DNA from: Bacteroidota bacterium | Lineage (GTDB): Bacteria; Bacteroidota; Bacteroidia; Bacteroidales; FEN-979 | Assembly: GCA_037137455.1 (NCBI GenBank) | Contig: JBAXKG010000002.1 | Span: 42,433 to 106,432, forward strand | DNA: 64,000 nt | Reading direction: 5' to 3' | Shown here: positions 11,481 to 21,399 of the stretch, in pieces | Layout of the letters: the number at the start of each line of letters is the position of its first letter | How positions within the stretch are numbered: position 1 is the stretch's first letter | Notes under the pieces: model-generated | Databases searched by the model: none | What the model was told of the DNA's origin: nothing | The model's input: the letters and a program-made list of their open reading frames with translations, nothing else | Translations under genes and position numbers: made by a program

Positions 11481-12428
11481 ATGGTAACTTACATAATCCG
11501 CCTGAGATTTCTGCAACTTTACCGTGAATCCGGAGATGTAGGGATTTTCAGGATTCTTCTGATAGTTGTTTTCATTTTGCCACTGATTATCCTCTTCCTG
11601 GTTCAGCGTATTGCCGTTCATCCCTGGCCCCTCGCAGTACCGGCAGCAGCACTTTATGTACTATGGCTCGTCCACACCCGACGCAAAGACTACAATTTCC
11701 TGCTTGCAATTATGCCACATCCGAAAAATGTTTTTATTGCTGAATATTTTCTTTTCACACTTCCTGTCACTGCACTCCTCCTTGCTACAGCATTATATTT
11801 TCATGCTTTGATTTTCTGCGCCTTTATTTTCCTTATTTCCATTACAGCGCCGTTTCAGGCAAGGAAAATCTACCGTACACTTAAACTTCGAATAATACCA
11901 TCGGGGATGTTTGAATGGCAGGGCGGAATCCGGAAAAACCTTGTTGCCATAGTCATTTTTTACATCTTCGGGCTGTTCGGGTTTTACCATATCGGTTTTT
12001 CTGCCCTATCCTTGCTTTTGCTTACTATGGTTTTTGTCACTTTTTATTCGGAATATGAACCCCGAAATATACTGATGTCCGAAGGTTTCAGAGCAAAGAG
12101 ATTCATCGCGAAAAAGTTGACAAAGCATACCACCTGTTTTGCCATTCTCATGTTGCCTTTGCTCTTTATTGCGCTCATTCATAAAGATTTCCGCATTTTT
12201 TCGGCAGGTTATTTTCTGGCAGCTTTGAACATTCTTATCTTCTCCATTTTGCTTAAATACTATCAATACCGCCCTTTGGCATACTCAGGCGCTCACCAGA
12301 TGCTGACCACAATGGCATGTTTTATTTCGGTTATCCTTCCCGTGGCCTTGCTATTTGTATTATTCAATGTTTTCCTTGCTGTTGGCGCCAGCAGAAATCT
12401 TAATATATATCTGGATGATCGCAATTGA
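11481..12428 (+). CDS. Polytopic membrane protein of unknown family (about 8 predicted TM segments)
   Basis: 315 aa, strongly hydrophobic throughout, with no motif I recognise. Its 3' end overlaps the downstream ABC ATPase gene by 14 nt. Confidence 0.6.
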   Translation: MVTYIIRLRFLQLYRESGDVGIFRILLIVVFILPLIILFLVQRIAVHPWPLAVPAAALYVLWLVHTRRKDYNFLLAIMPHPKNVFIAEYFLFTLPVTALLLATALYFHALIFCAFIFLISITAPFQARKIYRTLKLRIIPSGMFEWQGGIRKNLVAIVIFYIFGLFGFYHIGFSALSLLLLTMVFVTFYSEYEPRNILMSEGFRAKRFIAKKLTKHTTCFAILMLPLLFIALIHKDFRIFSAGYFLAALNILIFSILLKYYQYRPLAYSGAHQMLTTMACFISVILPVALLFVLFNVFLAVGASRNLNIYLDDRN

Positions 12429-13101
12429 AAGTCTTAATGTTTCCTACGGCGATAACATTGTTCTTGATGGCCTATCGGTGTTGCTGCCGTTACATTCTAT
12501 TCACGGACTGGTGGGCATGAACGGGGCTGGAAAAACCACACTGCTTAATACTATGGCTGGGTTCATAAAGCCTGAGGCAGGCGCCATTTATATACAGGGC
12601 CTTCCTCTCAAAAGGGCCGATCTTGCCTTCCTGGAGACTGAGAATTTCTTTTACAGCCATATTACCGGCCGCGAATATCTCGGATTGTTCAGTACACCGA
12701 CTAGGGCAACTGATCCCGATGAGTGGAACCGGATATTCAATCTTCCTCTTGATCATCTGATCGAAGGCTATTCAAGTGGAATGAAGCGTAAGCTTGCCCT
12801 GGCAGCGGTATTGCGGCAGGATAAACAAGTTATCATTCTTGATGAACCGTTTAACGGACTTGATCTTGAATCATCCCGTTTACTCAGCATGATAATAGCC
12901 AGGCTAAAGGAAAATGGAAGGACGGTACTAATCACTTCGCATATCCTGGGATCGCTTACTGGAATCTGTGATCAGATTCATCTGCTCCGGAACGGAAAGA
13001 TCCTGTTTTCGAGAGATAAGGAGAACTTCACAAATCTTGAACAGGATATTTTCAAAGAGGTAGATCCTGGTTTTTTAGACCTGGTTAACAGCATCGTGTG
13101 A
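12415..13101 (+). CDS. ABC transporter ATP-binding protein
   Basis: Start moved to the ATG at 12415 (MIAIESLNVSYG...). Walker A GMNGAGKTT, signature SSGMKRK, Walker B VIILDEP, H-loop TSH. Confidence 0.85.
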   Translation: MIAIESLNVSYGDNIVLDGLSVLLPLHSIHGLVGMNGAGKTTLLNTMAGFIKPEAGAIYIQGLPLKRADLAFLETENFFYSHITGREYLGLFSTPTRATDPDEWNRIFNLPLDHLIEGYSSGMKRKLALAAVLRQDKQVIILDEPFNGLDLESSRLLSMIIARLKENGRTVLITSHILGSLTGICDQIHLLRNGKILFSRDKENFTNLEQDIFKEVDPGFLDLVNSIV

Positions 13102-13122
13102 ATTTTTACCACCTAATATTCC

Positions 13123-14076
13123 TTATCTTGCCAGCTTTCTACCCACCTCAGTCAGCATCACCTCAGTCATCCTTGCTAAATCGTACTCGTAATGCAGACC
13201 CCAATCTTTCTTTGCTACAGAGTCATCGATTGAGGACGGCCATGAATCGGCAATGGCCTGACGAAAGTCGGGTTTGTAGGTAATCTCGAATCCGGGGATG
13301 TGTTTCCTGATCTCATCAGCCAGGATTTGCGGCGTAAAGCAGATCCCGGCCACATTGTAACCCGAACGTAACGAAAGGTTTGATGAATCGGATTCCATAA
13401 GGGCGATGGTGGCCTTGATGGCATCGGGCATAAACATCATAGGAAGTGCTGATTCAGCCCCCAGAAAGCACTCGTATTTTTTATATTTAATCGCTTCGTA
13501 GAAGATTTCCACCGCATAATCAGTGGTGCCTCCGCCAGCTTCAGTTTTGTAACTTATCAGTCCGGGATATCTCAGGCTCCTGGTATCCAGTCCATATTTG
13601 TTAAAGTAATATTCAATCCATCGTTCTCCGGCCAATTTGCTAATTCCGTATACCGTATTAGGCTCCATGATAGTGTATTGCGGGGTATTCAGGCGGGGAG
13701 TGGATGGGCCAAATACCGCAATGGAAGAGGGCCAGAAAATTTTTGGAATTTTTAGTTCGCGAGCCAGCTCCAGGACATTCATTAAACTGCGCATATTGAT
13801 GTCCCAGGAAGCCAGCGGCCTCTTTTCGGCATTGCCTGAAAGGATGGCTGCCAGGTGATAAATTTGGGTAATTTTTTCATGTTCCAGGATCAGCTGAAGT
13901 TTTGGAGCATCAAGTACATCGAGGATTTCAAACGGGCCGGTACCGAAAATCTCAGGCGGGGCAGGTCGGATATCGGTAGCAATTACATTGGATTCGCCAT
14001 AAATTTTTCGTAGTTCGAGTGTGAGCTCCGAGCCAATCTGCCCGGAACATCCGATTACCAATATCTTTTCCTTCAT
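13123..14076 (-). CDS. NAD-dependent epimerase/dehydratase family protein, L-threonine 3-dehydrogenase-like
   Basis: Start taken at MKEKILVIGCSGQIGSEL (GxxGxxG). Contains the YGISK catalytic YxxxK. 317 aa. Confidence 0.75.
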   Translation of the reverse strand: MKEKILVIGCSGQIGSELTLELRKIYGESNVIATDIRPAPPEIFGTGPFEILDVLDAPKLQLILEHEKITQIYHLAAILSGNAEKRPLASWDINMRSLMNVLELARELKIPKIFWPSSIAVFGPSTPRLNTPQYTIMEPNTVYGISKLAGERWIEYYFNKYGLDTRSLRYPGLISYKTEAGGGTTDYAVEIFYEAIKYKKYECFLGAESALPMMFMPDAIKATIALMESDSSNLSLRSGYNVAGICFTPQILADEIRKHIPGFEITYKPDFRQAIADSWPSSIDDSVAKKDWGLHYEYDLARMTEVMLTEVGRKLAR

Positions 14077-14193
14077 AGAAGCTTTTTTATGGAATTTCCG
14101 CAAAAATAGAAAGATTTGTTGTGAAAAAAATATCAGATCGAAATTTTAGCTAATTGCCATTTCTCATTTACTTTTTTTCAGGCTTAAAATTCC

Positions 14194-14201
14194 TACATTT
14201 G
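14194..14201 (+). promoter_or_regulatory. -7 promoter box TACATTTG upstream of cysS
   Basis: Matches TAnnTTTG, 20 nt before the ATG at 14221. Confidence 0.45.
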
Positions 14202-14220
14202 CAAGAGAATTTCCTATTCA

Positions 14221-15723
14221 ATGGAAAACCAGCTTCTTATTCACAATACCATTACGCGTCGGAAAGAACGGTTTGAGCCGATCAACCCCCCATTTGCCGG
14301 CATGTATGTTTGCGGCCCTACCGTTTATGGCGATCCACACCTTGGCCATGCACGACCAGCCATCACCTTCGACATGATTTTTCGCTACCTGCAACATCTT
14401 GGCTACAAAGTCAGATATGTCAGAAATATTACCGATGTCGGGCATCTCGTTGCCGACCTTGATGACGGGGATGATAAAATTGCCAAAAAAGCCCGGGTCG
14501 AGCAACTTGAACCCATGGAGATCGCACAGTATTATGCCGACCGGTATTTTGTTTACATGGACGCATTGAATGTAAAGCGGCCATCGATCGAACCACGCGC
14601 TTCGGGGCACATTATAGAACAGATCCTGATGGTGCAGCAGATCCTCGATGCCGGGTTTGGCTATGAAGTGAATGGATCGGTGTACTTCGATGTGGAAAAA
14701 TACAGCACTAAATACGAATATGGTAAGCTGTCGGGACGTGTACTTGATGACCTGATATCAAACACTCGTGCACTGGAGGGAACTGAAGAAAAACGCCACT
14801 CCTCCGACTTTGCCCTCTGGAAAAAGGCACAGCCAGAACACATTATGCGTTGGCCTTCGCCCTGGAGCGATGGCTTCCCTGGCTGGCACATCGAATGCTC
14901 GGCCATGAGCACCAAGTATCTGGGCAAATATTTTGACATACACGGAGGAGGCATGGATCTCCTTTTCCCTCACCACGAATCGGAAATTGCACAGTGCCAG
15001 GCCGCCATTGGCCACGAATCGGTAAAATACTGGCTACACAACAATATGATCACCATAAATGGTCAGAAGATGGGAAAATCGCTCGGGAATTTCATCACCC
15101 TCGATGAGTTTTTCACCGGAACCCATCCATCCTTACAACAGGCCTATGGTCCAATGACCATCAGATTTTTCATACTTCAGGCCCATTATCGTAGTACCCT
15201 TGATTTCTCGAATGAAGCCCTGCAGGCCGCAGACAAAGGGTTGAAAAAACTGATGGCTGCCTCAGAAACATTGAATAAGCTTATCCAAAATGAAGTTCAG
15301 TCACCAGTAAGCGAAACCGGACAAGAAGCCCTGACCGGTTCTCCAATCTTTGATCTCTCAAACAGCATTTATGCCGCTATGAACGATGACTTTAATAGTC
15401 CGATGGTTATTGCCAATCTGTTTGAAGGCGTGCGTATTATCAATTCAGTGGCGGATAAAAAAGAGACGATTTCCGTCAATGACCTGAAGCTCTTGAAAAA
15501 TATTTTCAACACTTTTTTGTTCGACATCCTTGGATTGAGGTATGAAAAATCAAACGACCAGCGTGAATTGCTCGATGGTTTGATGCATCTTGTGATCGCC
15601 ATCAGACAGAATTCGCGTGAAACTAAGGATTGGGGAACATCTGATCAGATAAGAGATGCCCTGCAGAAGCTAAATATCATTGTGAAAGATGAGAAAGAAG
15701 GATCTACGTGGAACATTGAATAG
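14221..15723 (+). CDS. cysS: Cysteine--tRNA ligase
   Basis: 500 aa. HIGH-type motif (PHLGHAR), KMSKS-type motif (KMGKS) and the WHIECS zinc-site region. Confidence 0.95.
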   Translation: MENQLLIHNTITRRKERFEPINPPFAGMYVCGPTVYGDPHLGHARPAITFDMIFRYLQHLGYKVRYVRNITDVGHLVADLDDGDDKIAKKARVEQLEPMEIAQYYADRYFVYMDALNVKRPSIEPRASGHIIEQILMVQQILDAGFGYEVNGSVYFDVEKYSTKYEYGKLSGRVLDDLISNTRALEGTEEKRHSSDFALWKKAQPEHIMRWPSPWSDGFPGWHIECSAMSTKYLGKYFDIHGGGMDLLFPHHESEIAQCQAAIGHESVKYWLHNNMITINGQKMGKSLGNFITLDEFFTGTHPSLQQAYGPMTIRFFILQAHYRSTLDFSNEALQAADKGLKKLMAASETLNKLIQNEVQSPVSETGQEALTGSPIFDLSNSIYAAMNDDFNSPMVIANLFEGVRIINSVADKKETISVNDLKLLKNIFNTFLFDILGLRYEKSNDQRELLDGLMHLVIAIRQNSRETKDWGTSDQIRDALQKLNIIVKDEKEGSTWNIE

Positions 15724-15727
15724 GCGC

Positions 15728-15747
15728 AATTTTGAATTTTGAATTTG
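15728..15747. repeat. Tandem heptamers AATTTTG AATTTTG AATTTG (reverse complement CAAAATT)
   Basis: Read directly, 5 nt after the cysS stop. Belongs to the same heptad family as 30053-30100, 50051-50092 and 58606-58634. Confidence 0.75.
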
Positions 15748-15766
15748 TCTCAATAAAACCAAAAAC

Positions 15767-17446
15767 ATGAAACCTTTTTATGCAGTTGCATTGTCCCTGC
15801 TTTTGCTGGCAGGCTGTACCTCCAAACAGGAAAAAATGAAGAAAGACTTAACCGATTTTATCCGTAAACACGATTCCGTCCTGATTCCTCTTTACAAACA
15901 AACAACAATTGCCTCCTGGGAGGCTGCTGTTTCAGGTAAGCCGGAAGATTTCAAAAAAGCAGAGGAGCTAAACCTGAAAATGATGGCGCTTTATTCGGAT
16001 AAGGAAAAATTGAAAAAACTCGAAGAAATCAAAGTCTCGGGAATGATCACCGACAGCTTGCTGAACCGCCAACTTGATGTGTTGTACCGCTCATTTCTAA
16101 TGGCCAAAGCCGATACCGGCAAGCTGAATGCTATGGTGCGAATGGGAACTGTGATTGAGCAGAAATATGGCAATTTCCGTACGGAGGTGAGGGGTAAAAA
16201 AATGTCAGATAATGATGTGGAAGAGGTTTTGAGCAGTTCAAAGGATGTGAAATTCCAGAAAGAGGTTTGGGAAGCACAGAAGAAAATAGGGACTATTGTT
16301 TCCGATGATTTAAAGAAGCTGGTAAAAATTCGAAATGAGGTGGCCAAGGGACTTGGATTCAAAAACTACCACGATATGAGCCTTACTCTCAGCGACCAGG
16401 ATCCACGTGAGGTAAGCGAACTTTTTGATGAACTCGATAGCCTCACTCAGAAGGCTTTCGCGAAGTTAAAAGGTGATATTGATACCTATTTCGTAAAATA
16501 TTACAACCTGAAAAGCAAGGATGAACTTATGCCCTGGAATTACCAAAACCGTTTTTTTCAGGAGGCCCCGAAAATTTATGATGTGGATCTGGATAAATAT
16601 TACAAGGACAAGAGCCTTGAAACCCTTACATCTGAATTTTATGCAGGCCTTGGTCTTCCCATCGATGATATCCTTAAAAACAGCGACCTGTACGAAAAAC
16701 CCGGAAAGAATCAGCATGCTTTTTGCACGGATATTGATAACGCAGGCGATGTGCGGGTGCTTTGCAATGTTAAGCCGAATCAATACTGGATGAATACCAT
16801 GCTTCATGAATACGGACATGCTGTTTATGATAAAAATATCGACAGAACTCTGCCATTTATTCTTCGTGATCCCTCACATACCTTCACTACTGAGGCCATT
16901 GCGATGATCTTTGGTCGTTTTTCCTCAAATCCACAATGGCTGAAAGATATGGCTGGAATAAGTGAAGAAGAAAAAATGAAGATCGCCGAAATCTGTTTCA
17001 AGACCCTACGTCTCGAACAGCTGGTATTCAGCCGCTGGGCCCAGGTCATGTACCGGTTTGAAAAGGAGATGTACAAGAATCCTGATCAAGATTTAAACAA
17101 TCTATGGTGGGACCTTGTCGAAAAGTACCAGATGATGAAACGCCCCAAAGGACGTAATGAACCCGACTGGGCTACTAAAATCCATATTGCCACCTATCCT
17201 TGTTACTATCACAATTATCTCCTCGGAGAGCTTCTTGCTTCGCAACTTTACTATTACATTGTTGAAAATGTAATCAAATCAGAGGATTACAAATTCCAGA
17301 GTTTTGTGGGTAACCCAGAAATTGGAGCCTATCTGAAAGAAAAGGTATTTATGCCTGGCAGCCGCTGGTATTGGAACGAAATGATCGAAAAGGCCACAGG
17401 CGAAAAGCTTACTGCGAAATACTATGCAAAGCAGTTTGTTAATTAG
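15767..17446 (+). CDS. M2-like zinc metallopeptidase lipoprotein (peptidyl-dipeptidase family)
   Basis: 559 aa. Signal peptide with lipobox LLLAGC and the HEYGH zinc motif. The M2 assignment is from memory of similar Bacteroidota proteins. Confidence 0.65.
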   Translation: MKPFYAVALSLLLLAGCTSKQEKMKKDLTDFIRKHDSVLIPLYKQTTIASWEAAVSGKPEDFKKAEELNLKMMALYSDKEKLKKLEEIKVSGMITDSLLNRQLDVLYRSFLMAKADTGKLNAMVRMGTVIEQKYGNFRTEVRGKKMSDNDVEEVLSSSKDVKFQKEVWEAQKKIGTIVSDDLKKLVKIRNEVAKGLGFKNYHDMSLTLSDQDPREVSELFDELDSLTQKAFAKLKGDIDTYFVKYYNLKSKDELMPWNYQNRFFQEAPKIYDVDLDKYYKDKSLETLTSEFYAGLGLPIDDILKNSDLYEKPGKNQHAFCTDIDNAGDVRVLCNVKPNQYWMNTMLHEYGHAVYDKNIDRTLPFILRDPSHTFTTEAIAMIFGRFSSNPQWLKDMAGISEEEKMKIAEICFKTLRLEQLVFSRWAQVMYRFEKEMYKNPDQDLNNLWWDLVEKYQMMKRPKGRNEPDWATKIHIATYPCYYHNYLLGELLASQLYYYIVENVIKSEDYKFQSFVGNPEIGAYLKEKVFMPGSRWYWNEMIEKATGEKLTAKYYAKQFVN

Positions 17447-17969
17447 GGCTGTTGACCCCGTCGGCAGTTATTAATCGCACGGCAAATTTTCGTGCTTGTT
17501 CCAATTCGTCACTATTGGGATGCCCGATTGTTAACCGGCGCATTTCTGCAAATTTCATGAGCATCGGTATCCCGCTTGCCAGTAGTTCATTCGCGATTTT
17601 TTGCGAGAGTTCTCCCATACAGTGATAAATATCCATGAGATTCGTATCTGAACAAACGGACCTGCAATTGTCGAGCTCTTTTATCAACAACTCCTGTTGG
17701 GCTTGGTCATCGCTATTAGAAGGCGTGGCATGTGTTAAAAACAAAGCAATCGTTTTTCCCGGGGCATGAGCGGCAATGAATTTTTTTGCAGCATAAGGGG
17801 GGCCAAACTGCATAACAGGGAAGCCAATAAAGGTTAAATCAAAACCATCAAGAGTGTCGACTTCATCAAATGCTTTTATCTCTTTTTTACATAAAAGGCT
17901 GTCGAAAATGGCCTCAGCTATCTTACGCGTATTACCGGTTTGAGTCCAAAAAGTCACCAGTACCTTCAT
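17439..17969 (-). CDS. Flavodoxin family protein
   Basis: 176 aa. MKVLVTFWTQTGNTRKIAE FMN-binding loop. Its 3' end overlaps the convergent peptidase gene by 8 nt. Confidence 0.75.
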   Translation of the reverse strand: MKVLVTFWTQTGNTRKIAEAIFDSLLCKKEIKAFDEVDTLDGFDLTFIGFPVMQFGPPYAAKKFIAAHAPGKTIALFLTHATPSNSDDQAQQELLIKELDNCRSVCSDTNLMDIYHCMGELSQKIANELLASGIPMLMKFAEMRRLTIGHPNSDELEQARKFAVRLITADGVNSPN

Positions 17970-18124
17970 TGTATGACAAACTTGGTGGTTTCCGTTATGT
18001 CTTGTTTTAGCATTTATAATTTTGCCGTATAACTATACCTAAGACCTGGTATTTTTACCATTTAAACATTTAGCCACAGCTCCAAAAAATATCTGCCCCA
18101 GGATCTGATTTCGAAACGGAAACG

Positions 18125-19405
18125 CTAAACAACCTTAACCAGGAAATAGTTTTTCCTTCCCTTCTGGACCAGGATGTATGTGCCATTTATCAATATTTCC
18201 AAACTCACCGCGAAGGATTCGTCTACCTTTGTCTTATTAACCTGCACCCCTCCCTCCTTAAGCATCCTGCGTGCCTCACCCTTGGAAGGAAAAATATTAG
18301 TTTTTTCAGTCAGGAAATCAACAATATTCACTGATTTTGCCAGATCGTCTTTTGCTAATTCACTTTGTGGAACTCCTTCGAATACCGATAACAGTGTATC
18401 TTCGGATAGTCTCATAAGGGTTTCCGTGGTTCCTTTGCCAAAAAGGATCTCTGATGCTTCCATGGCGGCTTGTAAATCTTCCCTGGAGTGAACACGAATC
18501 GTGATATCTTCAGCAAGGGTCTTCTGCAACAACCTTAGGTGGGGTGCTTCATCATGTTGCTTTTGAAGGATGTCGATCTCATCTTTTGAAAGAAGGGTGA
18601 ATTTTCTGATGTATTCCGAAGCATCTGAATCACTGGAATTAAGCCAAAACTGGTAAAATTTATAAGGAGATGTTTTTTTCGGGTCGAGCCATACATTGCC
18701 TGATTCGGTTTTTCCGAATTTTCCGCCATCAGCCTTGGTAATGAGCGGACAGGTGAGTGCAAATGCTTCGCCTCCGAGTTTCCGACGGATCAGCTCAGTG
18801 CCTGTCACTATGTTTCCCCATTGATCGGAACCGCCCATTTGGAGCCTGACATTTTTGTGCTCGAACAGCCAGCAATAATCAAAACCCTGGACAAGTTGGT
18901 AAGTGAACTCGGTAAATGAAATTCCAACGCCCGACTCCATTCGTTTTTTTACCGAATCTTTTGCAACCATATAATTTACCGTGATGTGCTTTCCAACTTC
19001 ACGAAGGAAGTTAAGAAACGAAAACTCCTTCATCCAGTCATAGTTATTCACCATTTCGGCAGAATTCGCCCCACAATTGAAATTCAGGAATTTTTCGAGC
19101 TGTTTTTGAATGCAGTCTTGATTGTATCGCAGCGCTGTTTCGTCAAGAAGATTGCGTTCCTCTGATTTTCCTGAAGGATCTCCGATCATTCCGGTAGCGC
19201 CTCCAACAAGTGCAAAAGGCTTATGGCCTGCACGTTGCAGGTGTAACAACAACATGATCGAAGCCAGGTTCCCGATATGTAATGAATCGCTTGTGGGATC
19301 GTATCCAATGTAGGCCGATGTCACCTCTTTCAGTAATTGTTCCTTTGTTCCCGGCGACATATCGTGGATCATCCCACGCCAGCGAAGTTCTTCTATAAAA
19401 TTCAT
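18125..19405 (-). CDS. tyrS: Tyrosine--tRNA ligase
   Basis: 426 aa. HIGH-type (SLHIGNL) and KMSKS-type (KFGKT) motifs, with a C-terminal S4-like domain. Confidence 0.95.
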   Translation of the reverse strand: MNFIEELRWRGMIHDMSPGTKEQLLKEVTSAYIGYDPTSDSLHIGNLASIMLLLHLQRAGHKPFALVGGATGMIGDPSGKSEERNLLDETALRYNQDCIQKQLEKFLNFNCGANSAEMVNNYDWMKEFSFLNFLREVGKHITVNYMVAKDSVKKRMESGVGISFTEFTYQLVQGFDYCWLFEHKNVRLQMGGSDQWGNIVTGTELIRRKLGGEAFALTCPLITKADGGKFGKTESGNVWLDPKKTSPYKFYQFWLNSSDSDASEYIRKFTLLSKDEIDILQKQHDEAPHLRLLQKTLAEDITIRVHSREDLQAAMEASEILFGKGTTETLMRLSEDTLLSVFEGVPQSELAKDDLAKSVNIVDFLTEKTNIFPSKGEARRMLKEGGVQVNKTKVDESFAVSLEILINGTYILVQKGRKNYFLVKVV

Positions 19406-19597
19406 TTGTTATTATGTTTTACAACCTATTGGCCAAATTAAATCTCTATTCATAATTACGGGTTTGCACAAACCAGTCAATATGAAGATCAAAAATAGCA
19501 GCAATTTTTTACAAAAGTATTAAAATCCAAATTATGAGTAAGACCGGAAGCGTTTTCACTGCCATAACACCAGGGCAGTCTGGTTCGGCAATCAAAA

Positions 19598-20125
19598 TTA
19601 TCGGTTTCTGAAGGACAAAATAAAATAAATAATCACGGGCAAGAAAATTCCGGCAAGTACCATCGGTAAAAACCATATGGTAAGCCCCTGCCCGTTGTAT
19701 AGTGCGACCCGAACAGTTGCCATTGAAATATAAAAAAACAACCAGATGATGGCTGCTTTCAGATAGCGGATCAGTCTGATTGCCAGGGTGTACTGCTTCA
19801 TGGCATTAGCAGGGGTTATCTTAACTGCGTAATTGAACCGATTCGGGATCAGCGAGATAAACGTGAGCAGAAAATAGATAAAAAAAGCAATCACCGGAAG
19901 AGCCCAAAAGGTAGATTTATCATCCCAACCGTCAGGTTTTCCGGATCCATCAAAATGGGAAGGAATGGTTTCGGGGAGCCTTTGAAAATGATAAATCACA
20001 AATCCAAGGAAGATCATCAGTCCCAGTATTGCCGAAGCTTCGATCAGCCAGTCGATGGGTTCCATTTCGGGCCTGACCATTGGCCTGTCGGGTTCCGGTT
20101 TTCTTCTGCTTCCCAGCAATATCAT
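19598..20125 (-). CDS. DUF1648-like (SdpI-type N-terminal domain) membrane protein
   Basis: 175 aa with about 4 TM segments and an IPSHFDGSGKPDGW loop motif. Family is from memory, and the true start may be an internal Met. Confidence 0.6.
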   Translation of the reverse strand: MILLGSRRKPEPDRPMVRPEMEPIDWLIEASAILGLMIFLGFVIYHFQRLPETIPSHFDGSGKPDGWDDKSTFWALPVIAFFIYFLLTFISLIPNRFNYAVKITPANAMKQYTLAIRLIRYLKAAIIWLFFYISMATVRVALYNGQGLTIWFLPMVLAGIFLPVIIYFILSFRNR

Positions 20126-20171
20126 TTGTTTTGAAAAATTAATTTATCTGAATTCTTTTTTAAAAGGAATT

Positions 20172-20345
20172 TCATTCTTCCTGTACTTTATGTTTCTTTG
20201 GCGTCCGGTGATGTTCTTTGAGCTTTGAATCAATGATCCACTCAATCTGTCCATTCACAGAACGGAACTCATCAGCCGCCCATTTCTCAAGCGCTTCATA
20301 AATTTCCGGATTTACCCGGAGCATAAATACCTTCTTATTAGCCAT
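20172..20345 (-). CDS. Arc/ribbon-helix-helix family DNA-binding protein (57 aa, absent from the ORF track)
   Basis: My translation is MANKKVFMLRVNPEIYEALEKWAADEFRSVNGQIEWIIDSKLKEHHRTPKKHKVQEE. It has the beta-strand then helix-helix pattern of Arc-like repressors. The ATG lies 7 nt after the SPFH stop, and the gene fills an otherwise empty gap. Confidence 0.7.
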   Translation of the reverse strand: MANKKVFMLRVNPEIYEALEKWAADEFRSVNGQIEWIIDSKLKEHHRTPKKHKVQEE

Positions 20346-20352
20346 ACATCGT

Positions 20353-21222
20353 TTACTGGTGTAAAGTTCCAGTATTCACCACAGGGGTTGTATCCTTATC
20401 GGAACAAAGTACTACCATCAGGTTACTGATCATAGTGGCCTTCTTGTCATCATCCAGATCGATGATGTGTTTTTTGCTTAACTGGTCAAGCGCCAGTTCA
20501 ACCATGCTCACCGCACCTTCCACGATCTTTGTGCGAGCAGCCACTACAGCAGTAGCCTGCTGACGGCGCAACATGGCACCTGCAATCTCCGAGGCATAGG
20601 CAAGGTAACTGATCCTTGCTTCCTGTACTTCGATTCCGGCCATGGCAAGCCGCTCCGAAAGTTCCCGTTCAAGGGCAAGATGAACCTCTTCACCGCCGGC
20701 GCGCAGAGTGACCTCCTTTTGTTCATCGTCGAAATTATCGTAGGCATAATGTCCAGCCAGTTTTCGGGTCGCCGACTCACTCTGAATATCAACGAAATGG
20801 GCAAAATCATCCACATCAAATGCGGCCTTGAAAGTATCACGAACTCGCCAAACCAGCACACACCCTATCATGATGGGGTTTCCGAGTTTATCGTTGACCT
20901 TGATCGGCTCGCGGTTCAGGTTGCGTGCGCGCAGCGATATTTTCTTTTTTACATAAAAGGGGTTGACCCAGAAGAAACCATTATTTTTAATGGTTCCCTT
21001 GTACTCCCCGAACAGGACCAGAACCGCTGATTCATTTGGATTCACTACCATCAACCCGATCAGGGTGAAAATGGCCAATACAAAAAACAGCAAGGAGATA
21101 ACGATTCCCGGAACAGATTGATTGAAGAACAGAAGTCCGCAGACCCCCAGGCCTGTAAACAGAAGAAAAACCAGGATACAGAAGTATCCCGATGAGGTTG
21201 AAGTGACTTTTTCCTTTTCCAT
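20353..21222 (-). CDS. SPFH/band-7 domain membrane protein
   Basis: 289 aa. Two N-terminal TM segments followed by an SPFH-like core and an Ala/Glu-rich helical region (ASEIAGAMLRRQQATAVVAAR). Confidence 0.8.
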   Translation of the reverse strand: MEKEKVTSTSSGYFCILVFLLFTGLGVCGLLFFNQSVPGIVISLLFFVLAIFTLIGLMVVNPNESAVLVLFGEYKGTIKNNGFFWVNPFYVKKKISLRARNLNREPIKVNDKLGNPIMIGCVLVWRVRDTFKAAFDVDDFAHFVDIQSESATRKLAGHYAYDNFDDEQKEVTLRAGGEEVHLALERELSERLAMAGIEVQEARISYLAYASEIAGAMLRRQQATAVVAARTKIVEGAVSMVELALDQLSKKHIIDLDDDKKATMISNLMVVLCSDKDTTPVVNTGTLHQ

Positions 21223-21399
21223 TGCTAATTAAATTAGTAATATCAATATGATATTAAAATGATTTTGCAATAATACTACATTTTTAATCTGATGTCAAGT
21301 TTTTTCGAAAATATATTTTATTCCAAAATATATTTTCCCGTTTTGTCGTCTTTTGTTTTTACTAAACTTAAATCAAAAAGACTGAGGTGCAAAAATTGC

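Noticed and set aside
19534-19611. 25-aa ORF MSKTGSVFTAITPGQSGSAIKIIGF in the tyrS / DUF1648 spacer
   Set aside because: It is very short, has no signal or motif, and its 3' end overlaps the convergent DUF1648 gene. The evidence is insufficient.
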